Assembly (NCBI GenBank): GCA_010909165.1
Contig: MU008158.1
Span: forward strand, 3,187,478 to 3,251,477
Source: Anthoceros angustus
Taxonomy: Eukaryota; Plantae; Anthocerotophyta
DNA: 64,000 nucleotides
Reading direction: 5' to 3'
Part shown: piece by piece, positions 39,093-52,273 of the stretch
Layout: each line of letters opens with the position of its first letter
How positions within the stretch are numbered: position 1 is the first letter of the stretch
Notes under the pieces: model-generated
What the model was told of the DNA's origin: nothing
What the model saw: the letters and a program-made list of their open reading frames with translations, nothing else
Databases searched by the model: none
Position numbers and translations under genes: made by a program

Positions 39093-39269
39093 TTTTTCGG
39101 AAAACCCTCAATAATCTATCCCCGTTCACCAAATTTCACAGTATTGGAACAGGTCTTGGCCTGACCTTGCAATGCTCTACAAGTACAAGATCTGCTTGCG
39201 GCTGTACACGTGATCATACACCACCATCCCTTCACCAACGTCATGTCACACTGGTTACGCATCAGCTAA

Positions 39270-40970
39270 AAAATTGAGACAGGAAATCAGAGCATGGAAT
39301 GGGTCTTTACTTGAAATCAAAGCATGGAAGGGGGCACCCAAAGGGTTGCCCTGCCCGGTACCTATGGCCGACTCTAAGATAGAGACGGCAAATCTCGATG
39401 ATACGCTCTTGTGTTGATAGTAGAGGTTGGAGGACCTCCCATAGAAGCACCTAACGAAAGGGATAAGGCTCCCCAAAACACCGCCAGTGTCCTTGAATTC
39501 CTCGAAGATAGCACCTCTCCTCGTAAAAGCACCTGATGAAAGGGATAAGACTCCCCAAAACATCGCCAGCATCCCTGAATTCCTCAAAGATGGGTCTTGA
39601 AGGCCTTCTTCACGTCTGCTACCTGTAAGACCACCCACTCCGGGTGGGTGTCGAGGCATGCCTTCACTCCAAACACCACGGAATCGCAACCCTCCGGAGT
39701 GGCAATGCCAAATTGAAGGGGATTGAGATGCTGCTGGAGAAGGGAGCGGCATTCGAGGACAATAGTACGGCTGAGAAGCCACATGAAGGCTTCTCTAACC
39801 GCAAGGGGATGCACGCCTGAGTAGGGAACAGGCTTGTCCGTAACAAATAGCCTGCTAGCTGCGATAACTTAAGAGATCCAATAAGGCGTCTTACCCCGAG
39901 CAACAACAGCAAGCAGGGAAAAGAGCTTCGGGAAGCCGCTAAGAGGGTCTTTGGGGAGAAAAAGATCCCTGAGATGTTCGAACACCATTCCTGACAGCCC
40001 GGGAGATGAGAGACGTGGGGCCGTAGAGAGGGCCAGAGCAAAAGCTGCCCAATCCAAAGAGAAAGGGTCCTTAGGGACATAATCATATATGTCTAAGGGG
40101 ATGGCATCCTTTGGGGCTGTGTGGAGGGCTGGAGGGCCGCAATGGTCTTCTCCAAATTAGGGGCCAAGGGCAGGGGGCAAAGGGCCCTGGTAGCCCGGGC
40201 AAATTCACCTATTTGGCCTAACAACTTGCTACGCCACAGGTTTACCGCATTTCCTGATGCCTATTACATCCGTTGTGCAGATTCCGCACGAGCCTTGGAA
40301 GCACGCAAAGCCTCTTCTTAGAGAGATGCCCAATGGCTGGCCCGAAAATGTCGGAGACGGTTGGCGACCTCTTGATGGCCAAAAGCCCTACCTCTGATAC
40401 AGCGCAAACCACCGAGGGAGAAGCAGAGGAAGACACCAGGCCAACTTGTCATGGGAGTCAAGCGCAAGGCGGTCTAGAGGGAGACGGAATGTTAAGCGGG
40501 CATCATCGTGGAGGTGCCTTGGGAGCCTACGAAAGATGCGCGGGCAAGGAAAGAGGGCTTCAAACAGCCCGAGGATGTGATCCACCTGAGTCCGCAACCA
40601 TTCCCAAGATGAAATAGGTAGCCCTAGAAGAATGGAGTTGGACACCGGATCCTACGCCATGGAGGTGATGGGGGTGGGGCTCGAAAATGTCGGAGACGAC
40701 TGGGGACCTCCCGATGGCCAGAAGCCCCACCTCTGGTACAGCGCAAACCACCGAGGGAGAAGTAGACGGAGATACCAGGCCAACTCATTGTGGGATTCAA
40801 GTGCAAAGCGGTCCAGAGGAAGACGGAATGCTAAGCGGGCGTCATCGTGGAGGTGCTTGGGGAACCTGCGAAAGATGCATGGGCAAGGAAAGTGGGTTTC
40901 AAATAGCCCGAGGATGTGATTCAACTGAGTCCGTAACCATTCCCAAGATGAAATAGGTAGCCCTAGAACA
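39270..40970 (-). mobile_element. Non-LTR retrotransposon fragment, CRE/SLACS-like reverse transcriptase (truncated after QGxPL)
   Basis: SSPGLSGM.FEHL, PLAVREA, LQFGIATPEGCDSVV, VVLQ.DVKKAF, LIPFVRCFYG, ESAIGTGQGNPLG. Upstream AWYLRLLLPRW block. Frameshifted. Confidence 0.8.
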
Positions 40971-41399
40971 CTGGATCCTGCGCCACCGAGGTGATGGGGG
41001 TTGCAAGATGCACTTGGGCCGCCCAAGTAGTCTGGTCAAAGTCCTCATGCATATGCCCAATATGTGTTTTTTACCCCTTTAATTCCGTAGCAAAGCTGGG
41101 CACATGTTGGAGAGGGAGTCCTTGAGGGTTCGTTCGTTCCACCGATGGGTGGCGTGTGGAGGGCGCCGGCGGGCGCCCTCCCTCCACGCCCACCCATCCT
41201 GGCTTCAGCAGTGTTTGAGGCGGGCGGCCGGCGCCTCGCTAAGCGCGCACCACCGTTTGCCCACCCTACGGGTGGTTCGTGCGTAGGGAGGGCGCCGACC
41301 GGCCGACGCCCTCCCTCCACGCGCCACTCGTCGGTGGGCCTACATGTGGTGCGCGAGAGCGCGGTGTATCTCACTTTGATGCGCTGGAGAAAGCTCAAA

Positions 41400-43887
41400 A
41401 ACAGTATTGCTGGAAGGTAGAAATTCAGCAATGTTCTGCAACATGTGCATCTCCGTGGAAAGAGCTTGTCCTGATATGTTATCATCTTCTGTGACAGGAG
41501 TAGAGGGAGCATCACCAGGATTCAGAAGAGGTAGCTCATTGGAATCTTTGGCGTTCCCTCCATAGCTCCCACCGCCTCGAATAGGATAAATCGACTAGTG
41601 AAATCTGGTGGGCGGTGTGTGTCGAGGTGAAGCTCACGGGTAGTGAGGAGGGCGAGGCTCCTCGGCGGAGGAGGAGGCTCCTCATCGAGTGGGATCGAGG
41701 GAAATCCCCAAATACCAAGTGGTTGAGGGTACAATGATGGAGCTAGAGGAAGGCGGGCTCTGGCGGAAGAGCGGTAGGAGGATCAGGCGTCAATTGGTAT
41801 ATTGCAAGACGTCAAGTTAGAATGAGGATTATCGTGAGTGTCCTCTTGAGAGGACTCTCTTAGTTTGAACCAAATAAGACACACATCAAGTTGGATCAAG
41901 GGTTCTTCGAAAAAGGTAACACTGCGTGAATGTGTCAAGGCCCCGGTGGCCGGATTTTCAAGTTTGTAGGCTTTCATGCCTTCTACATAGCCCAGAAAAA
42001 TCAGTTTCTCGGACCGATCTTCGAATTTCTTCCTCTTGGCTGCAGGTATGAAGTTGAAGGCTGGACATCCAAAGATTTTCAAGTGCTTGAGTGATGGTTT
42101 AGATCCTGTCCACAGCTCAAAGGGGGTTCTAAGTTCCATTAATAGAGCGAGATGGAAGCCTATTCTTCAGGTATGTGGTAAAGGCTATGGCCTCAGCCCA
42201 ATACCTAACATTCAGGCTTGCATGTCGAAGCATGGCCTCGCTAAGCTTGAAGAGTTAGTTGGGTCTTTCAGCAACTCCATTTTGCTGTGGAGTGTAAGCC
42301 ACAGAGAATTGACGGGTGATACCCTTATCTTTGCAAAAATCATCGAAGAGGTGGTTCGCGAATTCCCCTCCATTGTCCGAACGCAGATAACGGAGCTTGC
42401 GAGAAGTTTGGGTCTCCACCATGGCAAGCCAGATCTTGAATGTCTCAAAGGTCTGGCTCTTCAACTCTAAGGGATAGGTGAAGCACATCCTAGAGAAATC
42501 GTCAGTGAAGGTTAGAAAATATTTTGCACTGCCATAGGAGGAGGAACTCATAGGTCCATATATATCAGAGTGAACCAGCTTGAGTATAAAGTTGTTTTCG
42601 TCTTTTTGATGATGTGGGAACATGTCCTATCTCTTGTTAGCGAGGGCGCAGGTCTCGCAGAATGGTGGATCAGGAAGACGTCCGATCTTCTCAAGGTAGA
42701 TGTCAGAATTTGCCACTTGCTGGAGTCGGGCATTGCTCGAGTGTCCAAGTCGGAGATGCCACTTATAAGCCTCTTTAGCACTTCCCGTAATCCTGTCAGG
42801 TGTTTGAGTTGCAAGTGCAGACTCGTAAACACCAGAAAAACGGTTAGTTGCATGAGCTTCTAGCTTGTATATATCCTGAAGTGGATATCCTATGCATGCA
42901 ATGCCTGGACTGCCAACTCGAGTGAGTGTGCAGCATGCATGGTCAAAGGTCAAAGTGAAGATCCTTGTCTTCATTAACCAGCTAACTGAGATCAGATTTT
43001 TAACCATAGTAGGCACATGCAACACATCCAAAAGGACTACTTCAGACTGATCACTGAGAGTGAGAGGAACTGAACCTTTCCCAGCAACTCTAAGTCCGGA
43101 GTCGTCTCCAAGTAACATAAAAGTGTCCGTAGTTACCTGGTTATATGTGCGGTGAAGAAAGCTTGTGTGTGGCAGATGTGGACCGAGGCACAGGAGTCCA
43201 GATACCACCCAAGGTGGTCAACTGAATTTCGTGTAAGACATACAGCCATTATACCCGGTGAGGACGACACTGGCATTCGATTTCCAGATGAGGAGGATGC
43301 GACATAAGCAGAGGGTGAGCGACCTTTCTGTGAGATGCCAGAAGCTTTCTTCCGGCATTCGTTTTCCCAGTGCCCTGGGATACCACACCAGTTGCAATTA
43401 CCTTTTTGTTTGGTATTGGCTCTTGGTTGTGGAGGTCGGTTTTGAGTTCTATCCGACTGTGGTTGGAAAGGTCTTCCTCTGCCCCGTCCTCTACCAACGT
43501 ACATGATCCTGGTTGGCTTGGATGGTCCTGCACCAATGCGTGTGGTGTTGTCTTGGATGAAGGCGGAGAGTACCTCGGTAAGTACTCCATCGGCTGCTGC
43601 TGCAGCGGCGCCTCCTTCCTTGAGTGCTTTCTGAGCATCTCTAATCCTGGATTTTGGGAGGTTATGAAATCGTGATAGTTAGAGGGCAAGGTGTTTAGAA
43701 ATACCGCAGTTGCCTTAACTTCGTCGATTTTCCAGCCTACGCTGGGCAATTTAGCTCTTGCAAATCTGAAGGCGGAGATGTGACTTTGTACAGTGTCACT
43801 CTCCTTCATCCGCAAGGAGAATAGGTTGCGCACAGCAACGACCATTGTTCCCAAGTCCTCCGCTTGATATAAGTTGGAAGTTGTCTT
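41400..43887 (-). mobile_element. Ty1/copia element B, gag C-terminus / protease / integrase (downstream of the gypsy insertion; RT absent)
   Basis: CNWCGIPGHWENEC zinc knuckle, WYLDSCASVH protease, WHLRLGH, LVHSDIYGP, LRSDNGGEF, TPQQNGVAER, LKIFGCPAF..LIFLGY. Confidence 0.95.
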
Positions 43888-45098
43888 TGTAAGCGACTTT
43901 CGGCGAGGCGGTAAGGCGCGCACAATCCGTGTCGTTGTAGGAAAAGTCCGTTCCCAAAGGGAATGATAGGCTCGTTTTCCGTTTGGTGATTCTTACCTCA
44001 CTTTGCGCTCGTTCGGCCTCACACTCCTAACTACTTAGCGTTCACCGTCTGCCCGGTATGGCCAAGCGTTTGAGACGTTCGCGTCCGTGTCGTTCACATT
44101 CGTCACTCACACTTCGATCCTTTCCTCTCTCCACTCACGCTACACTCCTTGATCTTAAAGGCAGGCGGGTTACAGTCCGGACCTCCTCAAATCGTTCGCG
44201 GGCCTCTCCGTCCGGGCTGCCGCCCTCCGAGTTCCTCCGACTCACACGTTCCGATCCATTCGGTGCTAGGTCGCGGCTCGGACGAGCACGGGTCACCGAT
44301 CACCCTTCCTGCACACACCACAACACGTTAGGTCGTCACGGGACCACAGTCAATCTCCCGAGGCTGGTACCTTTCGGTGACTGGACTCACGTTAGCAAGA
44401 AGACACACAAAGGTGCAAGAGCGTATCAACACCAAGAAGATGATTTATTGAGGCGGCCTTAGCCCTCTTATACTCTGTAGAGGTCGCGCCTTTATTACAC
44501 CTCTATTACGGTGAGGGCCCATTTCGGTGTACTTCTTTGGCGCCTACTATCCTCCCTATTCCGCCTATCATCGGGGTGGGGTGTGGGATAGCCCAATTCC
44601 TTCTTGGCACGGCGGCAAAGGCCACATCATTGCAGGCGCACCCCGGATGATCCGCGGCCCCTTCCTCTTCCGGGTCGATGCGCCACCGTGGCGACAGCAG
44701 CGATCACCACTAAGTCTTCCTCGTCCTCCCTCTTCTCTCTGGCGGGCCCTGCGGTGGGCCCTCAAGGGCTAGATCTGTGAGGCGTGAGGTGGCTCTCCCC
44801 ACTCCCGAGTTTGGACCTCGGGACCACTGTCTCGACTCGGTCCGGACCTCTAGGTCAGGTCTTCCTCTGAGGTCCGGTCTCACGGGACCTTCTTTGAGTC
44901 AGGTCCTCGGGACCGGACTTATCCGTTACCTTGTCGCCGCCGCCGTAGGCTGAGTCGTTCCTCACTCGGTCCGGGAGTATACTCCAGTCTTGGTCAGTGC
45001 TAGCATGCTTATTTCCCCTTTTCGCCTCATTTTATCCTTCGCTCCCACAAAAAAACAAAATCCTACCTAATTTCTAACCCCGAAGTCCGTAGTCCACA
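43888..45098 (-). repeat. Gypsy 3' LTR
   Basis: Minus strand starts TGTGGACTACGG right after the PPT GAGAAGGGAGTA (45099-45110) and ends ..CTTACA at 43888. Confidence 0.9.
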
Positions 45099-48000
45099 TA
45101 CTCCCTTCTCACTGTTGGCGTCTCCGCCAACACTAAGCGTGTACTTTTCACCGCCATCCGTTCACCCAGTGGGCGGCGTTCACCATCCAAGCCGGTGAGC
45201 GGACCCATTGGGAATAATACGACTTGGTAAGGCCCCATCCATCGTAGGTGGAGTTTACAGGAAGTGCATATGTCGGTCGTAAGGAGGCGGATCTCCCTCC
45301 TTCACATACTCCACGATTCTAAGGCGCCTATCATGCCACGGCTTGCGTTGATTACATGCGATTGCATTATTGCGCCTCTTCCGGTCCTCCGTATCTTTGC
45401 ACAAACCCTAGCAACGCTCCGGTTGGCTCTCTTCATCCGTTAAGCGCCTTTCCATCATGACCGGTGTTGGCACCTCAAACTCGGCCGGCATAACGGGTGA
45501 GTGCCCGTCGAATAATACGGAGTTCGTTGCGTGGTTACCTTCTGCCGTTACGAGCGCCCATAGCGCGATGGTACTTTGTATCGATCGTGCGCATAGTTAA
45601 CCGTCGCTTATTGAGGATCGGCGGATAAGTCCATTGGTCTTCTCCGTCGATCCGTTGGCCTTGGATTGTAGGGGCGTTTACGATGTGTGATGCGAAATAG
45701 TCCGTCATTGCGGTTATCACATCATTGAGGAAATGGGTTCCCCTATAAACACCGGTACAGCGGACACCCATACCTTGTGATGATGTTTCGTAGAGGAATT
45801 TGGCCACCGTGCTCGCGGTCCGTTCGTAGCGGCGCTTCAACCCACAGTGCGATGGTCGTTGCCACCAAGATGTACCGCTTACGTGTGTGCACAGTGGTTG
45901 GCGTATAGGTCCAGCAAGTCGATGCCCATTTCTCAAAAGGCGCTAGTGCTAGTATGGGCACTAACGGCCATTGAGTTGTGGCGTCGGCTTCCGATCCGTG
46001 ACAAGCATCACACTTCTTCACAATTGGTGTGTTTCCCCATACATGGTGGGCCACGGTACCCGACCTCAAGATTTTCTTGGTGGTGACTGCTTGCATAATG
46101 TCCACCACCTAGTCCTTCGTGCATCCCTTTATTACCACCTCCGTTTCACTTTGTTGGAGTACCTTCGTTCCACCGTCGGCCCTACCTTAAAGATGCAACC
46201 GTTATACTGTAGGAAAGGCGGCGTAGTGCACAAAGGCGATTCGATTCGTTGGTAGCTCCATCTCCCATAGGTACCGTTCCAACTCCGCGTAAGAGGGCGC
46301 CCCTGCGTCGCTCCCTTCTCCACTTCGTGGGTCCAGAAGTCGATGCCCATTTCTCAAAAGGCGCTAGTGCTAGTATGGGCACTAACGGCCATTGAGTTGT
46401 GGCGTCGGCTTCCGATCCGACAAGCATCACACTTCTTCACAATTGGTGTGTTTCCCCATACATGGTGGGCCACGGTACCCGACCTCAAGATTTTCTTGGT
46501 GGTGACTATGCATAATGTCCACCACCTAGTCCTTCGTGCATCCCTTTATTACCACCTCCGTTTCACTTTGTTGGGTACCTTCGTTCCACCGTCGGCCCTA
46601 CCTTAAAGATGCAATTGCTCTGGTAGGAAAGGCGGCGTAGTGCACAAAGGCGGTTCGTTGGGTAGCTCCATCTCCCATAGGTACCGTTCCAACTCCGCGT
46701 AAGAGGCCGCCCCTGCGTCGCTCCCTTCTCCCGTGGGTCCATTGACTTGGGTTTGTCCATTGTGCTCCTCTACCTCCTCCTCTATCGCCACCAATTCCTC
46801 ATCAGGAAGGCGTCCTCTTGATCCTGCGGGGGCTCCGTCTTTAATCTGGATAAGAAGTCGGCGTTGGTGTTGCCGTCCTTGCCTAGTCTCCACCTCAAAT
46901 GTGAACTCCTGTAGCAGAATCCACCTCGCATTCGTCCAGGACAAGTGCCTTGTTCACCAAATGCTTGGTAGTGATCAACATAGAACACAAACTCATTGGG
47001 CGGAAGGTAGTGTGAATTTCTTAGCGTATACCATTCCAATGCCTCCTCTCCGTAGTAGTGTACCTCCGTTCGCGTCGTGAGCTGTCTTCAGTAGTAGATT
47101 GGGTGATCCCTCCGTTTATCATCTTTTGGTGAGCACTACCCGATGGCGGGTGACACATCCACGTACACATGGAATCGCTTCCCCGGTCCCGGTCCTTTGA
47201 GTCTTGGGGCAGACCAGTGGTGCAGGTCTCTGAATGCCGCCTCCCTTTACGTCGGTCCATTCCTCCTCCTTCTGAGTAGCTCTGTTAGCTGGAGGCCGCT
47301 TTGCAAAATCTTGTATGAAGCGCCTATAGTAACCCACCATGCCCGGAATCCCGTAACTCCTTCAAGTTCGTTGGTGGGCTGATGGATGACTTTCACCTTG
47401 TCTTGGTCCACCTCTATCCCTCTTCCCGACACTCGGTGCCCCAACAAGATTCCCTCTGTCATGCAGTAGCACTTCTCGGGATGCGAGCAGTTGAGTCTCC
47501 TACATCGTTCCAAACACTTCATAAATGTCCACGTGTTTGTCCTCCTCTCGTGCACAGTCGTCAAGAACACCTCCATGAAGTCCCTCGGGAATTCCGGAAG
47601 ACATTGGTCACCATCCATAAATGATCCGGGTGCTCTGTCATCCGAAGGCACTCCGTTTGTAGGCAAGCGTCCCCACTCCGTGGTGAATGTTGTCTTATCG
47701 GTCAGGCTCCCTTAGGTGTGGTTGTATGGCCGAGTAGTCAAGAGTAGGTACTCGGCTGCCACCTTGTCGATATGTCGTCCACAAAGGGCATGGGAAATGG
47801 TCCTTTTCCGTGGCGGCGTTAAGCTTTCTCCGATCTGTGAGACCGAATCGCCCTGCGCTTCTTGGCACGACCACAATGGCGCCACCCACTCCTTTACACG
47901 ATTGGGAAGATGATGTCGCTTCGGATACTTATCCGGGACTTCCTTGACCTTGGCGAGTGCTTGGGATTGATTTATCTTGCCTAATCCGAGCAGGCACCGC

Positions 48001-51000
48001 TCACTTCAGATCTATCCGGTGTTATTCTTGTTTGAATGCCTTTCATATCCGTGACCTTGAAAGCAAACACCCGAATTCCCCAACAAGCGTGAGGTCTCGT
48101 TTAACCCCTCGGCATGCCCTTGCGAATTTGAGGAATTTCCTGGGCGAACCTCCACGTCTTCCACATCGTCGGGTTGAGTCTCCCTTTCTCTTCTTGCCCG
48201 CTCGTCAAAGCCCGTCGTCCTCCATCCAGGTTCATCTTCACGCATTCCCCACTCCGAAGAGCTCGTCCAGTGAAGCAGGTTACTTCCTCGATTTCTACCT
48301 CCGTCCTCTGCTGGACCCTCCTCTTGATTGCCTTCCCCGGCTCTTGTTATGAGTCCACCCTAAAACAATCGATGACCTCCTCGTCCACCTCGCTCCAAAG
48401 GCGTCCCTCGGTAATCCATCTCCTCCTCGACCACGTGATTTTGGGAAAGGGTAGTCCTCATTCGTATCCTCGCGTTCATCGTCCCCACTTGTCTTGGAGG
48501 TGTACCCTACGTAGTCTTGTGGTTTCTCCACGATGTGTGTCCTTACTCCAGTGTCGCTTCCGGATACTTATCCGGGACTTCCTTGACCTTGGCGAGTGCT
48601 TGGGATTGATTTATCTTGCCTAATCCGAGCAGGCACCGCTCACGGCTTCGAATCTATCCGGTGTTAGCCTTGTTTGAATGCCTTTCATATCCGTGACCTT
48701 GAAAGCAAACACCCGCTGAATTCCCCAACAAGCTGTGAGGTCTCGTTTAACTCGGCATGCCCTTGCGAATTTGAGGAATTTCCAGGCGAACCTCCACGTC
48801 TTCCACATCGTCGGGTTGGGTCTCCCTTTCTCTTCGCTTCGCTCGTCCAAGCCTCCATCGGGTTCATCTTCACGCATTCCCCACTCCGAAGAGCTCGTCC
48901 AGTGAAGCAGGTTACTTCTCGGTCCTCCCGTCCTCTGCTGGACCCTCCTCTTGATTGCCTTCCCGGCTCTTGTTCCGCTCCACCCTAAAACAATCGATGA
49001 CCTCCTCGTCCACCTCCGCTCCAAAGGCGTCCTCCATAATCCATCTCCTCCTCGACCACGTGATTTTGGGAAAGGGTAGTCCTCATTCGTATCCTCGCGT
49101 TCATCGTCCCCACTTGTCTTGGAGGTGTACCCTACGTAGTCTTGTGGTTTCTCCACGATGTGTGTCCTTACTCCAGTGTCGCTTCCGGATACTTATCCGG
49201 GACTTCCTTGACCTTGGCGAGTGCTTGGGATTGATTTATCTTGCCTAATCCGAGCAGGCACCGCTCACAGCTTCGAATCTATCCGGTGTTAGCCTTGTTT
49301 GAATGCCTTTCATATCCGTGACCTTGAAAGCAAACACCCGCTGAATTCCCCAACAAGCTGTGAGGTCTCGTTTAACTCGGCATGCCCTTGCGAATTTGAG
49401 GAATTTCCAGGCGAACCTCCACGTCTTCCACATCGTCGGGTTGGGTCTCCCTTTCTCTTCGCTTCGCTCGTCCAAGCCTCCATCGGGTTCATCTTCACGC
49501 ATTCCCCACTCCGAAGAGCTCGTCCAGTGAAGCAGGTTACTTCTCGGTCCTCCCGTCCTCTGCTGGACCCTCCTCTTGATTGCCTTCCCGGCTCTTGTTC
49601 CGCTCCACCCTAAAACAATCGATGACCTCCTCGTCCACCTCCGCTCCAAAGGCGTCCTCCATAATCCATCTCCTCCTCGACCACGTGATTTTGGGAAAGG
49701 GTAGTCCTCATTCGTATCCTCGCGTTCATCGTCCCCACTTGTCTTGGAGGTGTACCCTCTACATGGTCGGTTTCTCACCATCGTGTCCTTACTCCAGTGT
49801 CGCTACCGTCCTTCCCTCACCTTGGATCCCAGTCCAGGCAGTGTATTTCCTTCCGTCCAGTGTAGTTTTTGCAGCGAGGCCCGGCCAAGGCCGCTAGCGG
49901 ACCTCATACCCAGGTCGGCGGGTCGATAATGACAAAATCTAATGTATAGGGGCTCGCTATGGTGGCTTGGACTCCGGACAACTCCCCTGCTGGCGCTCGC
50001 CGCGACATGTCCGCCATCCTGAGGGTTTTGGTGGATGGCTCGAAGGTGGTGAACCCCAGCCGTCTTGCGGTGGCCTCGGTGATGAGGTTCACTCCCGACC
50101 CCGTGTCTAGAGGCACGTTTTTAATTACACACCCCGCAATTTCCACCTGCACCACTGGCGCCCCAGGGTCCGTATGAGATACGACCCTTACCTCCACGTT
50201 CTTGCCCTTAGGACCAAGGAGTTCCGTGGTTGCGTTTCCACTGATGGCCTTCGGACTTCACAGCCGATGCCGGGTTGTCCTTTAACAAGCGCCTAAGGGA
50301 CACCAAGTGTTGTTGGTCCATCATCAAGTCGGCCACCTTGAAAGGGCGGGTGGTTCTCTGCGTCGCGTTCGCCTTGTCTCCTCCGGTTTTTCTTTGTGGT
50401 GGCGGACCATACGGGTCTGTCGGAGTTCTTCTTGAAGCATCTCGGTCACTTCCCGAACCACATCCGGTGGAAACTGCGGCGTTGCCGTAGGTGAGTCCGC
50501 TTCTCCGGAGACTCCCGGTGGCTTTTGGGGGTTTTCTTCTCCTGGCAGGGCTGCCCGGTTTAACTCGTCCTCTTTGGCGGGTTCGGCTTCCTTCGCGGGT
50601 GTTCCGTCCTCCGTATCCGTGGGACTATCCTCATTTTTCTTCCTCTTTGTCTCCGTTCCTTCGCTCCTTGGCGACTCGGGTTGACACTTCCGGTACCTCG
50701 GTCCGCCTTCTTCTCCTTGGCGAACTTGCCCGTACCACCTCGTTCGAGCTCCTCGGTGCCTCCTCCCACTCCGATTGTCGTCTTCAATTTATGTAGCCTT
50801 AGGGCGTCGGTGGTCTTGGCTCCCCAGTAGGGTTGCGTGGCGTCGTCCTCGGCGAGGATTCGGACCAGTCTTGCATGTGCCCGCCCACAATCTCCACAGT
50901 AGTTCAAAGTCCGTTACCTTATGCGGTGGGGTATGGGCAGGCGTTGGAGTAGTGTCGGGGTTCCCACAGTTCCAGACCACGCGCCAAGAATTCACGGGTC

Positions 51001-52252
51001 CTCCCATTCGAGGTTGCATCGGAGGGCGGTGTATGGATGGACCTCCGGGGATACATCGTCTTGGTGTCAGCGGCCGGGGTGCTTCTTGCACTTGGTAAGC
51101 ATCCTCCCTTTGTTCCTCGGACTCTTCCTCATAGTCATACTCCACAGTTCCAGTGCGGAGGGGCAGTGGCCTTGAATGCCCATGTTGGTGGACCGCACAC
51201 CATAAATGAGTCGGCCGTGGTGGCCACCTTGCGTCGCTCACGATCTTTCACGGTTGATCGTCAACTCTTCCACCCCTTTTTATGACTCTCTAGATCTTCC
51301 CTCAACCCGCTACCTCTTTCAAAGGGCGGGTCGAGACCTCTGCCGGGCATCATGACCTCCTTCTTCCACCCTCCGTTTCACCTGACTTCTTCTTGTTTTG
51401 CGGTTCTTCCCTGCCTCCGTGGCAGTTCTTAATCTCCTCCTCTTCCTCCGTGACCTCGGTCTCTTCCTCCTCCTCTTCCTCCAGTGACCTCGGTCTCTTC
51501 CTCCTCTCCTTAGGGCTCTTCATCTTGATTCCGATTCCGCCTCTTTTCTTCTTCTTTCCTCCTTGAGTCCTCGTCGTTGGTGCATCGATTCTTCATAGTT
51601 CTCCGCCCCCGCCTTGCTCACATCCTTCTCGCAAGCACGCTTAGCCATTGGCTTGGATAAGCATGCGAACCAGCGCACTTTGCATCGTGGTGTGGGTGGG
51701 GTGCCGATCCCGGAGGGCATAGAACCGTTCGATGTACGATCCCAACTTTTCCGTCTTGCCCCTCTTTAGGTTCTCAAGCTTGGACAGGATGTAGCCTTCC
51801 TGATCGATTCCGCGGAATCTTTCCAGGAAGGCATCCTTCAATGAAGGTTGCGGGGGCGTTACGGGTGGTCGGTACTTCCTCCGGTACCAGGCGCTGTCCC
51901 AGGACCCCTTGGAGCAATTTGGATTAGGTGCATCCGACCTTCTCCGTTGAAGTTGCTCGGGATCACGAAATCCTCGAAGGTTGCATCCGCTCCTTCTTCC
52001 CAAAGGAATGATAGGCTTGGTCGTTGTTGTTGCCATCGTCGCGGCCGGCGGTGAGGAACCGCTCCTCTTACGCCACCGCCTGCCCTCCTCCTCGATCAAA
52101 CAATTCCACCGCACCTGCGGTTCGTTGACCTCGCCTCGAGCTCGTCGTCTCTCACGTACTGCTCGGGCGCTCGGCGATCTGGCGTCCGACTCTCTTAGCA
52201 ATTCTTCCTTAACTACCTCCGTCCTCACGCATCCGCAGCTACGGGCGATTTC

Positions 52253-52270
52253 ATTCCCGGCAGCGCGCCA
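52253..52270 (-). promoter_or_regulatory. Gypsy primer-binding site (tRNA-Asp/Athila-like)
   Basis: TGGCGCGCTGCCGGGAAT lies 3 nt inside the 5' LTR. It resembles TGGCGCCGTTGCCGGGGA. Confidence 0.7.
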
Positions 52271-52273
52271 AAA

